Of a stretch of 64,000 bases of DNA, positions 38,524 through 48,176 are shown in pieces; the first letter of the stretch is position 1; every line of letters starts with the position of its first letter. The notes below the pieces were generated by a model. That model saw nothing but the letters and a program-made list of their open reading frames with translations, ran no database searches and was not told the DNA's origin. The position numbers were made by a program, and so were the translations under genes. The DNA is from a virus. The stretch lies in the IMG/VR virus record IMGVR_UViG_3300031576_000005, positions 95,143 to 159,142 of that record, one strand, 5' to 3'.

Positions 38524-39212
38524 AGGATTTCTTTCATGTATTGTTTGAATTCTTCGAATTGGGTGGGGGTGTTATGTTTTGTTCCATAAATGTTATGAAA
38601 AAGAGTATGGATATCTTTTCTAAGAGTAATGCCATTGGCTATATCGAATCTTTTATCAGGATGAGACCACCAGTTAAAGATATGATGAGCAACTAGATTC
38701 CCACCGCTTAAATCTCCTGTAATTTGACATGTATAATTGTCTCGCTCAAAAATTAATTTTCTCCATTCTCGAAGCTCTGGATTAAGATTTCTATTTTGAT
38801 TATTTTCTCTCTCTTCTTGTGTCAAGTCGTGACGCCAGCGAGGATGTTTTTCTCCTCTTTCAGATTCTGATAATTTTCTTTTAAATTCTTCTGTATGGTG
38901 CGTACCAAACATTGGGTTCTTTTCCCCTAGCTTTGTTAAACTTAATTTCTCCAATGTTTCTTGCGAAAAAATTTTTCCTTTTGCAGATAAACTCATCTTG
39001 CTACGAGTTTTTTTAGAATGATGTCTACCGAAAAGGTATTGTTTTTCCCCTTTTCTACAACAAGAACGACAGAATTTCGACCCAACATTTCTAATGGCAT
39101 TGCCTTTCAAAATAAGTCTTTTCGTTCCGCAATCATCACATTCGACCAAGCTTTTTGTTTTAGTTGGTTTTCCATCTCCATACGTATTTAGAAAATTCAA
39201 ACAAAGTATCAT
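38517..39212 (-). CDS. HNH/NUMOD3 endonuclease (family copy 4, intact)
   Basis: MILCLNF, CDDCG..CRSC, EWRKLIFERDNYTCQ, LVAHHIFNW, NGITL..HTLFH. Confidence 0.87.
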   Translation of the reverse strand: MILCLNFLNTYGDGKPTKTKSLVECDDCGTKRLILKGNAIRNVGSKFCRSCCRKGEKQYLFGRHHSKKTRSKMSLSAKGKIFSQETLEKLSLTKLGEKNPMFGTHHTEEFKRKLSESERGEKHPRWRHDLTQEERENNQNRNLNPELREWRKLIFERDNYTCQITGDLSGGNLVAHHIFNWWSHPDKRFDIANGITLRKDIHTLFHNIYGTKHNTPTQFEEFKQYMKEILC

Positions 39213-39217
39213 GTTAA

Positions 39218-40171
39218 TTAAAACCCCATTTTACCTTCGAATTCATCGCTTGAATGTTTGTCAGTCATTAAGCTGCGTAAATCTTTAATGGATTGTTCAA
39301 ACGTATTACCAAAACATTTCACTAAAACCACAAGTTCCGCCATAGCTGCGAACGAAAAATTATGCGTTTCTTTAACCCATTGTTCAACTTCTTTTTCGTC
39401 AATTTTAAGCTTTTTAATAAAATAGGCTTTTCTTACGGGGGCTGATGGCATACCTATTTTTATTACACGGTCGAAACGTCTGGGTCGGGCGACAATTCTT
39501 TTGTCTAGATTTTCGGGATAATTTGTCGTTGCGATATTAAGACAGTAATTTATTTGTGCTTCGCCATCTAGAACACTCAAAAGAGTTTCATCACCATAAT
39601 TTCGGATTATCGCATCAATATCTTCGTATACGCAAACAACTTGTCGCTCAGGTTCAATTTCTCGAAAAACTGATAATCCCAACGCCGCAACACCAGGATA
39701 TTGGACAAGAAATACTATTCCCTTTCTATCAATAATCTTTTTAATTATTTGCTGTACTAGCGTTGTCTTTCCGGACCCCGCTGGACCATATAATAAAACT
39801 CCACGACGATGAAGGAATCCATATTCTTTAAATATTTCTTTTCTTTTCCAAAATTGTTCAATTTCTTTTAAAATTTTATCACTCTTACTATCGGGGAACT
39901 CCATTAAATCATCTACATTGACCTGTTTTTCAACAAAAATTGGTTCACCGCGACTTTCTCCGATTGAATAAACTCCAGATTTTAATGACGGCTTTGTATC
40001 CCCGGTGGCAATGTGAGTGCCAGTACCAACCAATGCCCATTGTGTCCTAGCCGACTTTTCCTTCTTCTTATCGTCATCTTTTTCATCATTAGAGAATCCT
40101 GGTATTCCCTTCTTATTATCTCTTGGTGGTGGTGGTATTAAATCATCTCCAAAATCATCAATTTCGTTCAT
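39218..40171 (-). CDS. AAA+ ATPase
   Basis: RRGVLLYGPAGSGKT, VYEDID, TTNYPE.LD..RPRRFD. Confidence 0.9.
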   Translation of the reverse strand: MNEIDDFGDDLIPPPPRDNKKGIPGFSNDEKDDDKKKEKSARTQWALVGTGTHIATGDTKPSLKSGVYSIGESRGEPIFVEKQVNVDDLMEFPDSKSDKILKEIEQFWKRKEIFKEYGFLHRRGVLLYGPAGSGKTTLVQQIIKKIIDRKGIVFLVQYPGVAALGLSVFREIEPERQVVCVYEDIDAIIRNYGDETLLSVLDGEAQINYCLNIATTNYPENLDKRIVARPRRFDRVIKIGMPSAPVRKAYFIKKLKIDEKEVEQWVKETHNFSFAAMAELVVLVKCFGNTFEQSIKDLRSLMTDKHSSDEFEGKMGF

Positions 40172-40182
40172 ATTTTATTTAT

Positions 40183-40464
40183 TTAATTGTTTTCTTTGAC
40201 CAATGGAGTGGACCAATCCACCATGACATTCATTTGAAGTTTATTATATTTGTACTTCCCCAAATCGATAATGGCGTGAAATCCAGCTTCGTTTAGCTGT
40301 TTGGCCACTACTTTAACAGCTTCTGGATTATATGGAACCTCGTAAATTTCAGTCGTTTGATATTTGCACTTCTTAATAATATCTTTTTCAATCATTTGCA
40401 ATGTTTCGTCTACATTCAATGGTTGGATTAAATTTTGTTCTCGTGCTTGATTGGCTGTTATCAT
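40183..40464 (-). CDS. Hypothetical phage protein
   Basis: MITANQARE...VDW. Confidence 0.6.
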   Translation of the reverse strand: MITANQAREQNLIQPLNVDETLQMIEKDIIKKCKYQTTEIYEVPYNPEAVKVVAKQLNEAGFHAIIDLGKYKYNKLQMNVMVDWSTPLVKENN

Positions 40465-40482
40465 AACTTAATTATTTTAGAT

Positions 40483-40743
40483 TTATGTTCGGCGTACATT
40501 ATGTACAACGATATTAATTGAAGTTTTTTTAGCGCGTTCAAATCTCTTATCGAGAGTTGATAAGACATCATAAGGACGTTCGTCTGGTTTTTCTCGACCG
40601 CAATAATCATCAATATTAATCCTTAATCCGTTTTGTTCTAAAAATTTTCCAATTTTAAACGCTAAACCGGTTTTTCCAGTTTTGGCATAGCCAGAAATTG
40701 TAATATTAATGTCTGATTTTATATTTGGTTTAAATGTAGCCAT
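40483..40743 (-). CDS. Small protein with an isolated Walker A motif
   Basis: ITISGYAKTGKT; ATG 40743 is 6 nt after a -10 box. Confidence 0.6.
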   Translation of the reverse strand: MATFKPNIKSDINITISGYAKTGKTGLAFKIGKFLEQNGLRINIDDYCGREKPDERPYDVLSTLDKRFERAKKTSINIVVHNVRRT

Positions 40744-40749
40744 ATTTTC

Positions 40750-40778
40750 AATATAACAAATGATTATTTTAAAATCAA
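40750..40778 (-). promoter_or_regulatory. sigma70-like promoter TTGATT-17-TATATT
   Basis: 17-nt spacer; ATG 6 nt downstream. Confidence 0.65.
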
Positions 40779-40781
40779 GCA

Positions 40782-41039
40782 TTATTTTATTTTTTCAAAT
40801 TTAACTCTCGCGCAATCAAACATATGTCCAAATTTCATATGAAAGAATGTACGTCCTAAAATATATCCCATTTGACAACTGGTAGATTCTTCTAATCTAT
40901 TTAAAATATCAATAATATACAGATAGTCTTTTTTAGATAATTCTTTTTGAAGCTCATATCATCTTGCTAATGTTTCTACGACAGTATCTACAATATCTGT
41001 GTGCGAAACGGCTGATTTATATTTTTTAGATTTTCTCAT
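40782..41039 (-). pseudogene. 85-codon ORF interrupted by in-frame TGA (40959-40961)
   Basis: MRKSKK..VETLAR*YELQKELSKKDY..FEKIK* fills the gap exactly. Confidence 0.5.
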
Positions 41040-41042
41040 CTA

Positions 41043-41384
41043 TTAATCGCCCTTAATAATACGGTAGGAATCACTATCCTCATGGTGGGTGGAAAATTCA
41101 AACATTACAGTATCTAATAGACCGGTCATACGATGTCGAAGACCAATAGGAACATGGAATCTATCACCGGGTTTTAATATTATTTTTTCGGCTTTTGTTA
41201 TATCGTCATCATATCCATATTCAACTAAAAGCTCTCCACTCTCCAACCAAAAAGTTTCAGTCTTTAGTAAATGATAATGGAATGAGAGTTTTTTTTCTTT
41301 TAAAAAGAATAGTTTTTTTCCACAATATTTCTCGTTATTTTCTATCCATAATTCCCATCCCCATCCCTTTGGAACAAATTTCAT
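41043..41384 (-). CDS. Cupin, mannose-6-phosphate isomerase type II-like
   Basis: KGWGWE, YCGK, SFHYH..KTET, LRHRM, EFST.H..SDSYR. Confidence 0.8.
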   Translation of the reverse strand: MKFVPKGWGWELWIENNEKYCGKKLFFLKEKKLSFHYHLLKTETFWLESGELLVEYGYDDDITKAEKIILKPGDRFHVPIGLRHRMTGLLDTVMFEFSTHHEDSDSYRIIKGD

Positions 41385-41388
41385 TCGG

Positions 41389-42309
41389 TTAGAATGGCAA
41401 TCGTTGAGGTTCTTTTTCAGATGGTTGCTCTGGAGTATTGGGCAAAGGTTTTCCGTTTGATGAAGAACCATCCCTAGAAGTTACGTTAACATCAGGAGAA
41501 TCATCTAGTTCTTCAATTAATCCGGTTGGCTTAACTGATAGAGTTGGGTCTAAAGCCCATTGTAGCCCAATTTTCTCTGTCCATTCCCTCATTCTACGAA
41601 TTGGGACAATTAAATTCATATTTTGGCCAGCGGCTCTAACTAGCATTCCTACATATCGACCGTCACGAAGGAATGTTCCGCCACCCGAGCTACCGGGAAA
41701 TGCGCTGCAACTTGTCTGGTCGAATGGTATTCCGTTAAACATTCTTCCATATTGACTAATTAAACCAGTAGATAAACTATTTGCCCCCATTTGCCCTAAA
41801 AAGCTACCAACATGATATAATTCAGTTCCAATTGGTACGATATTATTTTCTAAATAAAATACTGTATTTACAGCTTTCATGGTTGTTTGATGTACTTTTA
41901 AAAGAGCTAAGTCGTTTCCTCTGTTGGCATCGCTATATTTAACTACTTCGGCTGTATAAATCGTAACCCCAACTGTTTTTCCACCTTCTTTATTTTCTCT
42001 AACCAAAGCTACTGGTTCAAACCAAACGATAGACCTATTTTGTCCTGTTGTGCTATCTAAAACCGTAGAAACATGGCGAATACTAGCAACAACATGGGCG
42101 GCTGTCCAGCAAAAAACATTCCCGTTTCTAACAATAACAACGCCAGAACCTTGGGATTGGCCAGCGCGAATTGTATAGCTCACATCCTGCATATATTGAA
42201 CGACTGGAGTGGGCTGAAGCGGGCCGAACGATGGTGATTGAACCACTAATGTTTGTTGGCCTGGTGTAAATCCGAAAAATAAGAGAAGCGATAATAATAG
42301 ACTTTTCAT
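41389..42309 (-). CDS. Exported trypsin-like serine protease
   Basis: Signal peptide; GSGV, TAAHV, NDLALL, PGSSGG catalytic triad motifs. Confidence 0.9.
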   Translation of the reverse strand: MKSLLLSLLLFFGFTPGQQTLVVQSPSFGPLQPTPVVQYMQDVSYTIRAGQSQGSGVVIVRNGNVFCWTAAHVVASIRHVSTVLDSTTGQNRSIVWFEPVALVRENKEGGKTVGVTIYTAEVVKYSDANRGNDLALLKVHQTTMKAVNTVFYLENNIVPIGTELYHVGSFLGQMGANSLSTGLISQYGRMFNGIPFDQTSCSAFPGSSGGGTFLRDGRYVGMLVRAAGQNMNLIVPIRRMREWTEKIGLQWALDPTLSVKPTGLIEELDDSPDVNVTSRDGSSSNGKPLPNTPEQPSEKEPQRLPF

Positions 42310-42317
42310 TTTTGATA

Positions 42318-42332
42318 AAACTTAAGAAGTTT
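42318..42332. promoter_or_regulatory. Palindromic 15-mer AAACTT-aag-AAGTTT, copy 2
   Basis: 8 nt upstream of ATG 42309; identical to 37295-37309. Confidence 0.55.
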
Positions 42333-42364
42333 TTGGTTTATTGTTAATTCTTACTGTATAAATA

Positions 42365-42393
42365 ATAATAGCATTATTCTTTATTGATTGCAA
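42365..42393 (-). promoter_or_regulatory. sigma70-like promoter TTGCAA-17-TATTAT
   Basis: Intergenic, extended TGn -10, upstream of the protease. Confidence 0.65.
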
Positions 42394-42402
42394 GAAATAT
42401 TT

Positions 42403-43461
42403 TCATAGTTTGAAATCTTTAAAATCAGCTTCATTTAAATCGTTGGTCTGAGCGGCTATTTTATAGGAAGTTATTTCTTTTTCCTGTGGGGCAACTTGTA
42501 GCTTAGTTTCGTCTAGGTAAGAATCCAACCATCCGCCCATCGGATTGGTTTTTACATTAAATAATTTTTTATATCCTAAAGATTGTAGGCGGTTGTCTGC
42601 TAGCCATTTTATATAAAGAATTAAAATTTCGGGATTTAAACCAATCAATGAGCCTTTACTAAAGAGATAATGTATCCATTCTTCTTCATGTTTTACAGCC
42701 AATCTGTATGATTCATAAATAGCTCCCTCATTATGTTTCAAAATTTCTTGAAAACCTTCGTCCGAATTCTGTTTCCAATATTTAAATATATTTTGTGTTA
42801 TAGCAACATGTAAAGATTCATCCTTTTGAATTAATTTTACTATATCCGCATTCCCAACCATAGTTCCCCTATACCCGAACCAAAAGGCACAAGCGAACGA
42901 AGCATAAAAAGACAACCCCTCAGTAATTTGGGTTGATAAAATAGCGTGAAAAATTTTTTCACGTATATCTGACGGATTTCCTAAAAGTTTGTCGTATGCT
43001 GAAGAAATTTCAGTTGCCCTTTTTACAATTTCTTTATCTTCTAGAATAGAATCAAAAAATTGAGAGGGATTCTTCGTAATATTCTGTAAAATATGAGTGT
43101 AAGATAGTGAATGAATATTTTCAAATCTCGCCCAAGTTGCTAAACAAATTTCTAATTCTGGTAATGAAACATATTCGGAAATTTTATGTATACTTCTTTG
43201 TAGCATGGAGTCCGTCATTGTCTGCCATTTTAAGTTACTCTCAAAAATAAATTTTTCTACATTTCCCAAGCTTTCATAATCCCCCCTGTCTTTAGCGAGC
43301 GATATCTCAAAAGGCATCCACATTTGTTCTTCTTGTTTTAAAAATAATTCGTAAAATTTATTATATTTAAATTTGTCATATCTTTGTATTCCTAAATCCT
43401 TACCCAAAAACATGGGTTGTTTAAGAAAATCATAGTTTTGTTTGTTTAATACGGTTCTCAT
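42403..43461 (-). CDS. nrdB: Ribonucleotide reductase class Ia beta subunit
   Basis: QRYD, W.P.EI, DS.LQR, ENIHSLSY, EGLSFYASF, DESLH, QVAPQE.EITSY. Confidence 0.95.
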   Translation of the reverse strand: MRTVLNKQNYDFLKQPMFLGKDLGIQRYDKFKYNKFYELFLKQEEQMWMPFEISLAKDRGDYESLGNVEKFIFESNLKWQTMTDSMLQRSIHKISEYVSLPELEICLATWARFENIHSLSYTHILQNITKNPSQFFDSILEDKEIVKRATEISSAYDKLLGNPSDIREKIFHAILSTQITEGLSFYASFACAFWFGYRGTMVGNADIVKLIQKDESLHVAITQNIFKYWKQNSDEGFQEILKHNEGAIYESYRLAVKHEEEWIHYLFSKGSLIGLNPEILILYIKWLADNRLQSLGYKKLFNVKTNPMGGWLDSYLDETKLQVAPQEKEITSYKIAAQTNDLNEADFKDFKL

Positions 43462-45710
43462 AATTTACAACTTCCCCCAGAGCAATCGTTAATTTGTCCG
43501 TCCTGTTCTGATGAGGCGTCTTTTTCCCCCTTCGTATTAGTATAATAAATAGCTTTTATTCCATATTTATAACACAAAAGTTGGTCTTTCATTAATTCGG
43601 AAATAAGTATTCGTCCTTCGGGATATTTTGATAAGTCATAATATAAATTAAAACTTTGGCTCATATCTGTATATTTTTGCATGACGGCAGCTAGTTTAAT
43701 AAAATCTTCATTAGAAAAAGAAAATGCTAAGGAATAATTATCCTTTTTATTTATCAGTGGAACTAGAACGGGAACGGTTCTTGCTTTTGAACGCTTGAAA
43801 GTAATATAGCTCCTTGGAGGTTCAATCCCGTTGGTCGAATTTTGGATAAGAGAAGAGCTTTCGCAGGGCATTTGGGAGGAAACCGTGGAATGTCTTAGCC
43901 CGGTTTTCTTAATGCGTTCTCGTAATTCTTCCCAATCCATGAATAATTTACGCGAACAAATATTATCTACTTCTTTTTTATAACTATCAATGGGTAAAAC
44001 ACCCTTAAAATATTTTGTTTTATCAAATTTTTCACAAACGCCTTTTTCTTGAGCCAATTTATTTGATGAATCTAGCAAATACCACTGAAATTTTTCCATT
44101 AATTCATCGGTTGCTTTAATACTTTTTTTATCAGAATAGTTTAAATCATGTTTGACAAGCCACGCTGCATAATTAGTTAATCCAATCGCAAGACTTCGGC
44201 GTTTTGTGGCAAAATTCTTAGCCGCTGGAGAAAAATATTCTTGAATATCAATTATTTCATCTAAAAATCTTACTGTTAAATCACAGGTTTTTTGAAGTTC
44301 TGTGTCCGTATTTATTTCCAGCATGTTAATAGCTGATAAGATGCAAATTCCAATCTCGCCATTTTCATCATCTAGAGATTTTAAAGGAATCAATGGCTGG
44401 CTGACCTCTAAACACAAATTTAAGGTTTTAACACTTTCTTGCCAACTTCCATGCTCATTAACATGGTCAATATGTTGAATATAAATCCTTCCGGTCTCTA
44501 ATCTTTCTTTACATATCAAAGCAAACAATTCTCTAGCATTTATAGTCTTTTTATATTTAATATTTTTATCTTTTTCATATTTTAAATATAATTTGTCAAA
44601 TTCTTCATGACCATATGCTTCATATAAATCTTGTACCTCGTGGGGGCTAAAAAGAATAATTTCTTTGTTTGCCAAAAACCTATCATAAAAAATCTTAGAA
44701 ATAGAAATGCAATAATCTAGCTTCCTTACCCTATTATCTTCCGTGCCGGTATTATTTTTTAGTTGTACAATGTCCTCAATTTCATAGTGCCAAATTGGAA
44801 AATTTACAGTTCCGCCTCCACCCCTCAATCCACCTTGCTGACAGCTTTTTGCTGTTGCTTCAAACACTTTAAGAAAGGGAATAACCCCGGTGTGAGAAAC
44901 TTCTCCATTTCTAATGGGGGTATTGATGGCTCTCATTCTTCCAAGATTTATTCCAATACCATAACGTTTTGATGTAGCGTGACCGATGCAACTGACGGTT
45001 GCAAAAATCGAGTCCATTGTATCATCACAATCTATCAACATGCATGAGGCAAAACTCCTTGTATTAGTACGTAAGCCAGCCATAATTGGTGTTGGCAAAC
45101 TAATTTTATGTTTGGAAAAATAATTATAAGCCTTCTTTACATAATATAGTCGATTTTTATTTTCATATCTATGAAATCCAAACATCGCAATAAGAATATA
45201 GGCAAACTGAGGAGTTTCGAAAATTTGTTTTGTTATTCTATTTTTAATTAAATATTTGTCACATAATTGAATAATACCAGCATAGGTGAATATAAAATCT
45301 CTATCATGGTCAATCCATTCTCCTATTTTATTGATTTCTTCGTCAGTATAATATTTTATAATTTCGGGGTCGTATAAACCTTGATTAATTCCATTTTTAA
45401 TAAAATCAATAAGTCTGGGTGGTGTTTTCCCGCCCCACACATCTTTTCTAAGTTTATAGCTTGCTAAACGAGCTGCAACAAATTGATAGTCTGGGACTTC
45501 AACAGAAATTAGATTAACGGCCGATTCGATTAATACCTCTTGGATATCTGAGGTTGAGACACCATCTTTTATGTTCAAATTGGCGTTCATTTCAATATCT
45601 GAAACTGAAACTCCTTGCAGTCCTTGAGTAGCCCAATTTAAAACTCTATTAATCTTTTCTACATCAAATTTTTCCTTATCACCATTACGTTTGAGAACAA
45701 AAATAGCCAT
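43458..45710 (-). CDS. nrdA: Ribonucleotide reductase class Ia alpha subunit
   Basis: ATP cone VLKRNG, ETPQ, SLPTP, SCML, QGGLRGG, NLCLE, MPCESSS, NGIEP, C-terminal CSGGSCKL. Confidence 0.96.
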   Translation of the reverse strand: MAIFVLKRNGDKEKFDVEKINRVLNWATQGLQGVSVSDIEMNANLNIKDGVSTSDIQEVLIESAVNLISVEVPDYQFVAARLASYKLRKDVWGGKTPPRLIDFIKNGINQGLYDPEIIKYYTDEEINKIGEWIDHDRDFIFTYAGIIQLCDKYLIKNRITKQIFETPQFAYILIAMFGFHRYENKNRLYYVKKAYNYFSKHKISLPTPIMAGLRTNTRSFASCMLIDCDDTMDSIFATVSCIGHATSKRYGIGINLGRMRAINTPIRNGEVSHTGVIPFLKVFEATAKSCQQGGLRGGGGTVNFPIWHYEIEDIVQLKNNTGTEDNRVRKLDYCISISKIFYDRFLANKEIILFSPHEVQDLYEAYGHEEFDKLYLKYEKDKNIKYKKTINARELFALICKERLETGRIYIQHIDHVNEHGSWQESVKTLNLCLEVSQPLIPLKSLDDENGEIGICILSAINMLEINTDTELQKTCDLTVRFLDEIIDIQEYFSPAAKNFATKRRSLAIGLTNYAAWLVKHDLNYSDKKSIKATDELMEKFQWYLLDSSNKLAQEKGVCEKFDKTKYFKGVLPIDSYKKEVDNICSRKLFMDWEELRERIKKTGLRHSTVSSQMPCESSSLIQNSTNGIEPPRSYITFKRSKARTVPVLVPLINKKDNYSLAFSFSNEDFIKLAAVMQKYTDMSQSFNLYYDLSKYPEGRILISELMKDQLLCYKYGIKAIYYTNTKGEKDASSEQDGQINDCSGGSCKL

Positions 45711-45743
45711 AAATTCTTTTAAGATAATCAACCAGACAAAACT

Positions 45744-45750
45744 TTACACT
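45744..45750 (-). promoter_or_regulatory. AGTGTAA motif upstream of nrdA
   Basis: Intergenic, oriented toward the gene. Confidence 0.5.
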
Positions 45751-45771
45751 AAAATCAACCTAATTTAAAAC

Positions 45772-46059
45772 CTAAATAGAAAAATCCAAATACGGCTTTA
45801 TATCCCCATTCGTAGCCACCTTAGAATTTTCATAACTTTCCACGACGCGCCTATAAAATTCAAGTTTTATACCTTCTAACGCTCCGACAATATCATTAAT
45901 TGTCTGATAAGATGGATTATTATTAAAACATTCCCCTACTATATTACTGATAACATAATTCATATCCCCGGCTTTAAATTCTAAAAATTTTAACTTGTCA
46001 ATTAATTTATCTAATTGAAGGTCAAGTACTTCGCGTCTATTTTGTAAAATGTAAGGCAT
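45772..46059 (-). CDS. Conserved-looking phage protein
   Basis: MPYI..GDMNY..GALE..KLEFYRR..YE..K..NGD. Confidence 0.75.
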   Translation of the reverse strand: MPYILQNRREVLDLQLDKLIDKLKFLEFKAGDMNYVISNIVGECFNNNPSYQTINDIVGALEGIKLEFYRRVVESYENSKVATNGDIKPYLDFSI

Positions 46060-46243
46060 CTTAAAATCCTCTAGTATATTTTCGTTTAAGTTCCTTGTAA
46101 GCTCTAAAAAATTTATTTTGAGCTATGAATTGGTCTTGAGCGGTTACAATAATGCTGTATTCTTTCGTTGTTCCTCCTCTACCAACCTTCCAACCTACTT
46201 GTTTTCTAAGTTCTCTAGCTTTTTTATTTCTCATATTTTTTAT

Positions 46244-46990
46244 TTAATTTAATATATTTTGTTTAAATTCTTCAAATTGAGCTTTCGTATTATTTCCTTT
46301 GCCATAAATCTTATGAAATAATTTATGATATGCCTGTGAAATAGTAATTCCATTATTTATATCAAAACGCTGCTTGGGGAATTTATTCCAACCATTAAGA
46401 TGATGGACAACTAAACTTCCACCTTTAATTCCGGTTATTTTACAAGTATGATTATCGCGTTTAAATATTAATTCACGCCATTCGTGCATTTGTGGATTAT
46501 ACATTCTATTTTGGCTATTTTCCCTTTCTTCTATAGTTAAAGCATCGTTCCATCGTGGATGTTTATCTCTGCGTTTACCAAACATACCACTTTTTTCTCC
46601 TTTGTTACCAGCGCCTATTTTTTCGCGAGTTTCTTTTGTGGTCGGATGACCGTTTTGTGCCAAACTCATCTTTTTACGAGTTTCTTGAGAAACAATTTTA
46701 CCTATCTGTCCCAAACTTATTTTCTGCTTGTGTTCTTCTCCTAATTTCTTTCCAAGATGAGCCAGTCTCATTTTTTCACGAATTTCTTTAGATATATGTT
46801 TGCCAAAAAGAGGATGGTTCTTTCCTTTTTTAGCACACGAATTACAATATTTTATACCCTTCCCGATGTCGGCATTGTCTTTCCGTATAACTCTTTTTCC
46901 TTTACAATTATCGCATTCAACTAATGACCCCAAGCGTTGCTTATTTGATTTCCCGAAGGTTATTTTAATAAAATTTAAACAAATAATCAT
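46244..46990 (-). CDS. HNH/NUMOD3 endonuclease (family copy 5, intact)
   Basis: MIICLNF, CDNC..CNSC, several NUMOD3-like repeats, EWRELIFKRD, VHHLNGW, NNGIT..HKLFH. Confidence 0.87.
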   Translation of the reverse strand: MIICLNFIKITFGKSNKQRLGSLVECDNCKGKRVIRKDNADIGKGIKYCNSCAKKGKNHPLFGKHISKEIREKMRLAHLGKKLGEEHKQKISLGQIGKIVSQETRKKMSLAQNGHPTTKETREKIGAGNKGEKSGMFGKRRDKHPRWNDALTIEERENSQNRMYNPQMHEWRELIFKRDNHTCKITGIKGGSLVVHHLNGWNKFPKQRFDINNGITISQAYHKLFHKIYGKGNNTKAQFEEFKQNILN

Positions 46991-47004
46991 ATTTTTCTAT
47001 TAAG

Positions 47005-47033
47005 ACTATATCATTTAATGTTAGAGATTGCAA
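47005..47033 (-). promoter_or_regulatory. sigma70-like promoter TTGCAA-17-TATAGT
   Basis: Intergenic, extended TGn -10. Confidence 0.7.
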
Positions 47034-47702
47034 CTAAAAACTTGATGAAGTTTCTTTATTATGATGGTCGTGTTGAATAATTTGTTTTTTATTCATGATT
47101 TCCATAACTTCGGAAAATGAGATTGGTCGTCCAAAATTATCAATTCCAACATCAAGCCTCTTCCCGTTTATACAATTAGGATTACTTTCTTCATCGGTTC
47201 CGTGCGAATGTCCAGAAAGCAAGATTGCTCCATGTTGCATATAATCCCAAATGCGGTGCGAGAAATGAGAGGCCACGAATGGGGTTTTGTCCACCCACCC
47301 CCACATATATCTTCCACAGAAAGTTAGTTTGTCATTCCATATCCAAGGATAAACCTCAATCCAGTCTTGACTAAAAACTTTAGCTATTGATTCCCTATAT
47401 AGTTGTTTTATACCACTATTGTGATTACCCCAAAGAAAGTAGATATGACCATTCAAAAGGTTTAGATAGTCAGCTACTTGTTCTTTAGTTGAATTGAGGG
47501 CAAAATCTCCGAGATGTAATACATCAGAATCGGGGGTGACTACTTTATTCCACCGAAAAATTAGTTCGGCATCATGCTCTTGAATGGACTTGAAACCACG
47601 TTTTTCATAAACGAACGCCCGATTATGCCCAAAATGTGTGTCCGCCGTAACAAATAATGGCCGTTTATTTGTATTAAATTTAAATTGTTTTAGCATGTAC
47701 AT
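47034..47702 (-). CDS. Calcineurin-like metallophosphoesterase
   Basis: ADTHFGH, HLGD, GNHN, GHSH, DVGID. Confidence 0.9.
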   Translation of the reverse strand: MYMLKQFKFNTNKRPLFVTADTHFGHNRAFVYEKRGFKSIQEHDAELIFRWNKVVTPDSDVLHLGDFALNSTKEQVADYLNLLNGHIYFLWGNHNSGIKQLYRESIAKVFSQDWIEVYPWIWNDKLTFCGRYMWGWVDKTPFVASHFSHRIWDYMQHGAILLSGHSHGTDEESNPNCINGKRLDVGIDNFGRPISFSEVMEIMNKKQIIQHDHHNKETSSSF

Positions 47703-48163
47703 TCCCCTACTATTTCAAGTCTCCAATTTTCATACCCATTCATTTCCTCTTTTCGTGGCATCGTAAAATTTTTATACATTTTTTCTATTACATCTTCGGG
47801 CACTACCTTATCTCGTTTTAAATTTCTTTCTTTCAAAGTTTCTAGCTTCGCCTTAAATATACGGAATCTAATTTCTGCTTCTTCTTCTACAGCAATCTGT
47901 ATAAATTCTCGACGATTAGATTCTCTAACATTTGTAGCGTCTATAATAGCTGATTTTCCATTTCTAAGAAAATATCTTTCCATTATAAACATTGTCAAAA
48001 ATACCTCTCGACTAACACTTTGGTCGGATTCGCTTAATCCGATGGTTCCCCTTAATCCGTCGCTGGAAATATAAACAAATTCAGGGTGTTCTTGGCAAAA
48101 TTGTTGGCTCCAAGTAGTTTTCCCCGACGCTGGAGCGCCCACACATATATAAAGAATAGACAT
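47690..48163 (-). CDS. Polynucleotide-kinase-like P-loop kinase
   Basis: GAPASGKTTW, SSD.LR, IIDATN..R, ERN..R..VP..VI. Confidence 0.87.
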   Translation of the reverse strand: MSILYICVGAPASGKTTWSQQFCQEHPEFVYISSDGLRGTIGLSESDQSVSREVFLTMFIMERYFLRNGKSAIIDATNVRESNRREFIQIAVEEEAEIRFRIFKAKLETLKERNLKRDKVVPEDVIEKMYKNFTMPRKEEMNGYENWRLEIVGECTC

Positions 48164-48176
48164 TGTTTATTTCTTT

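Noticed and set aside
4732-43286. G6/C6 runs in the C-methyltransferases and elsewhere as phase-variable tracts
   Set aside because: Six-base runs also occur in nrdB and the RNA ligase, so they are not specific to the island.
22084-45710. Inteins in RecA or NrdA
   Set aside because: Both have normal lengths and uninterrupted motifs (GPDGIGKTT; NLCLE).
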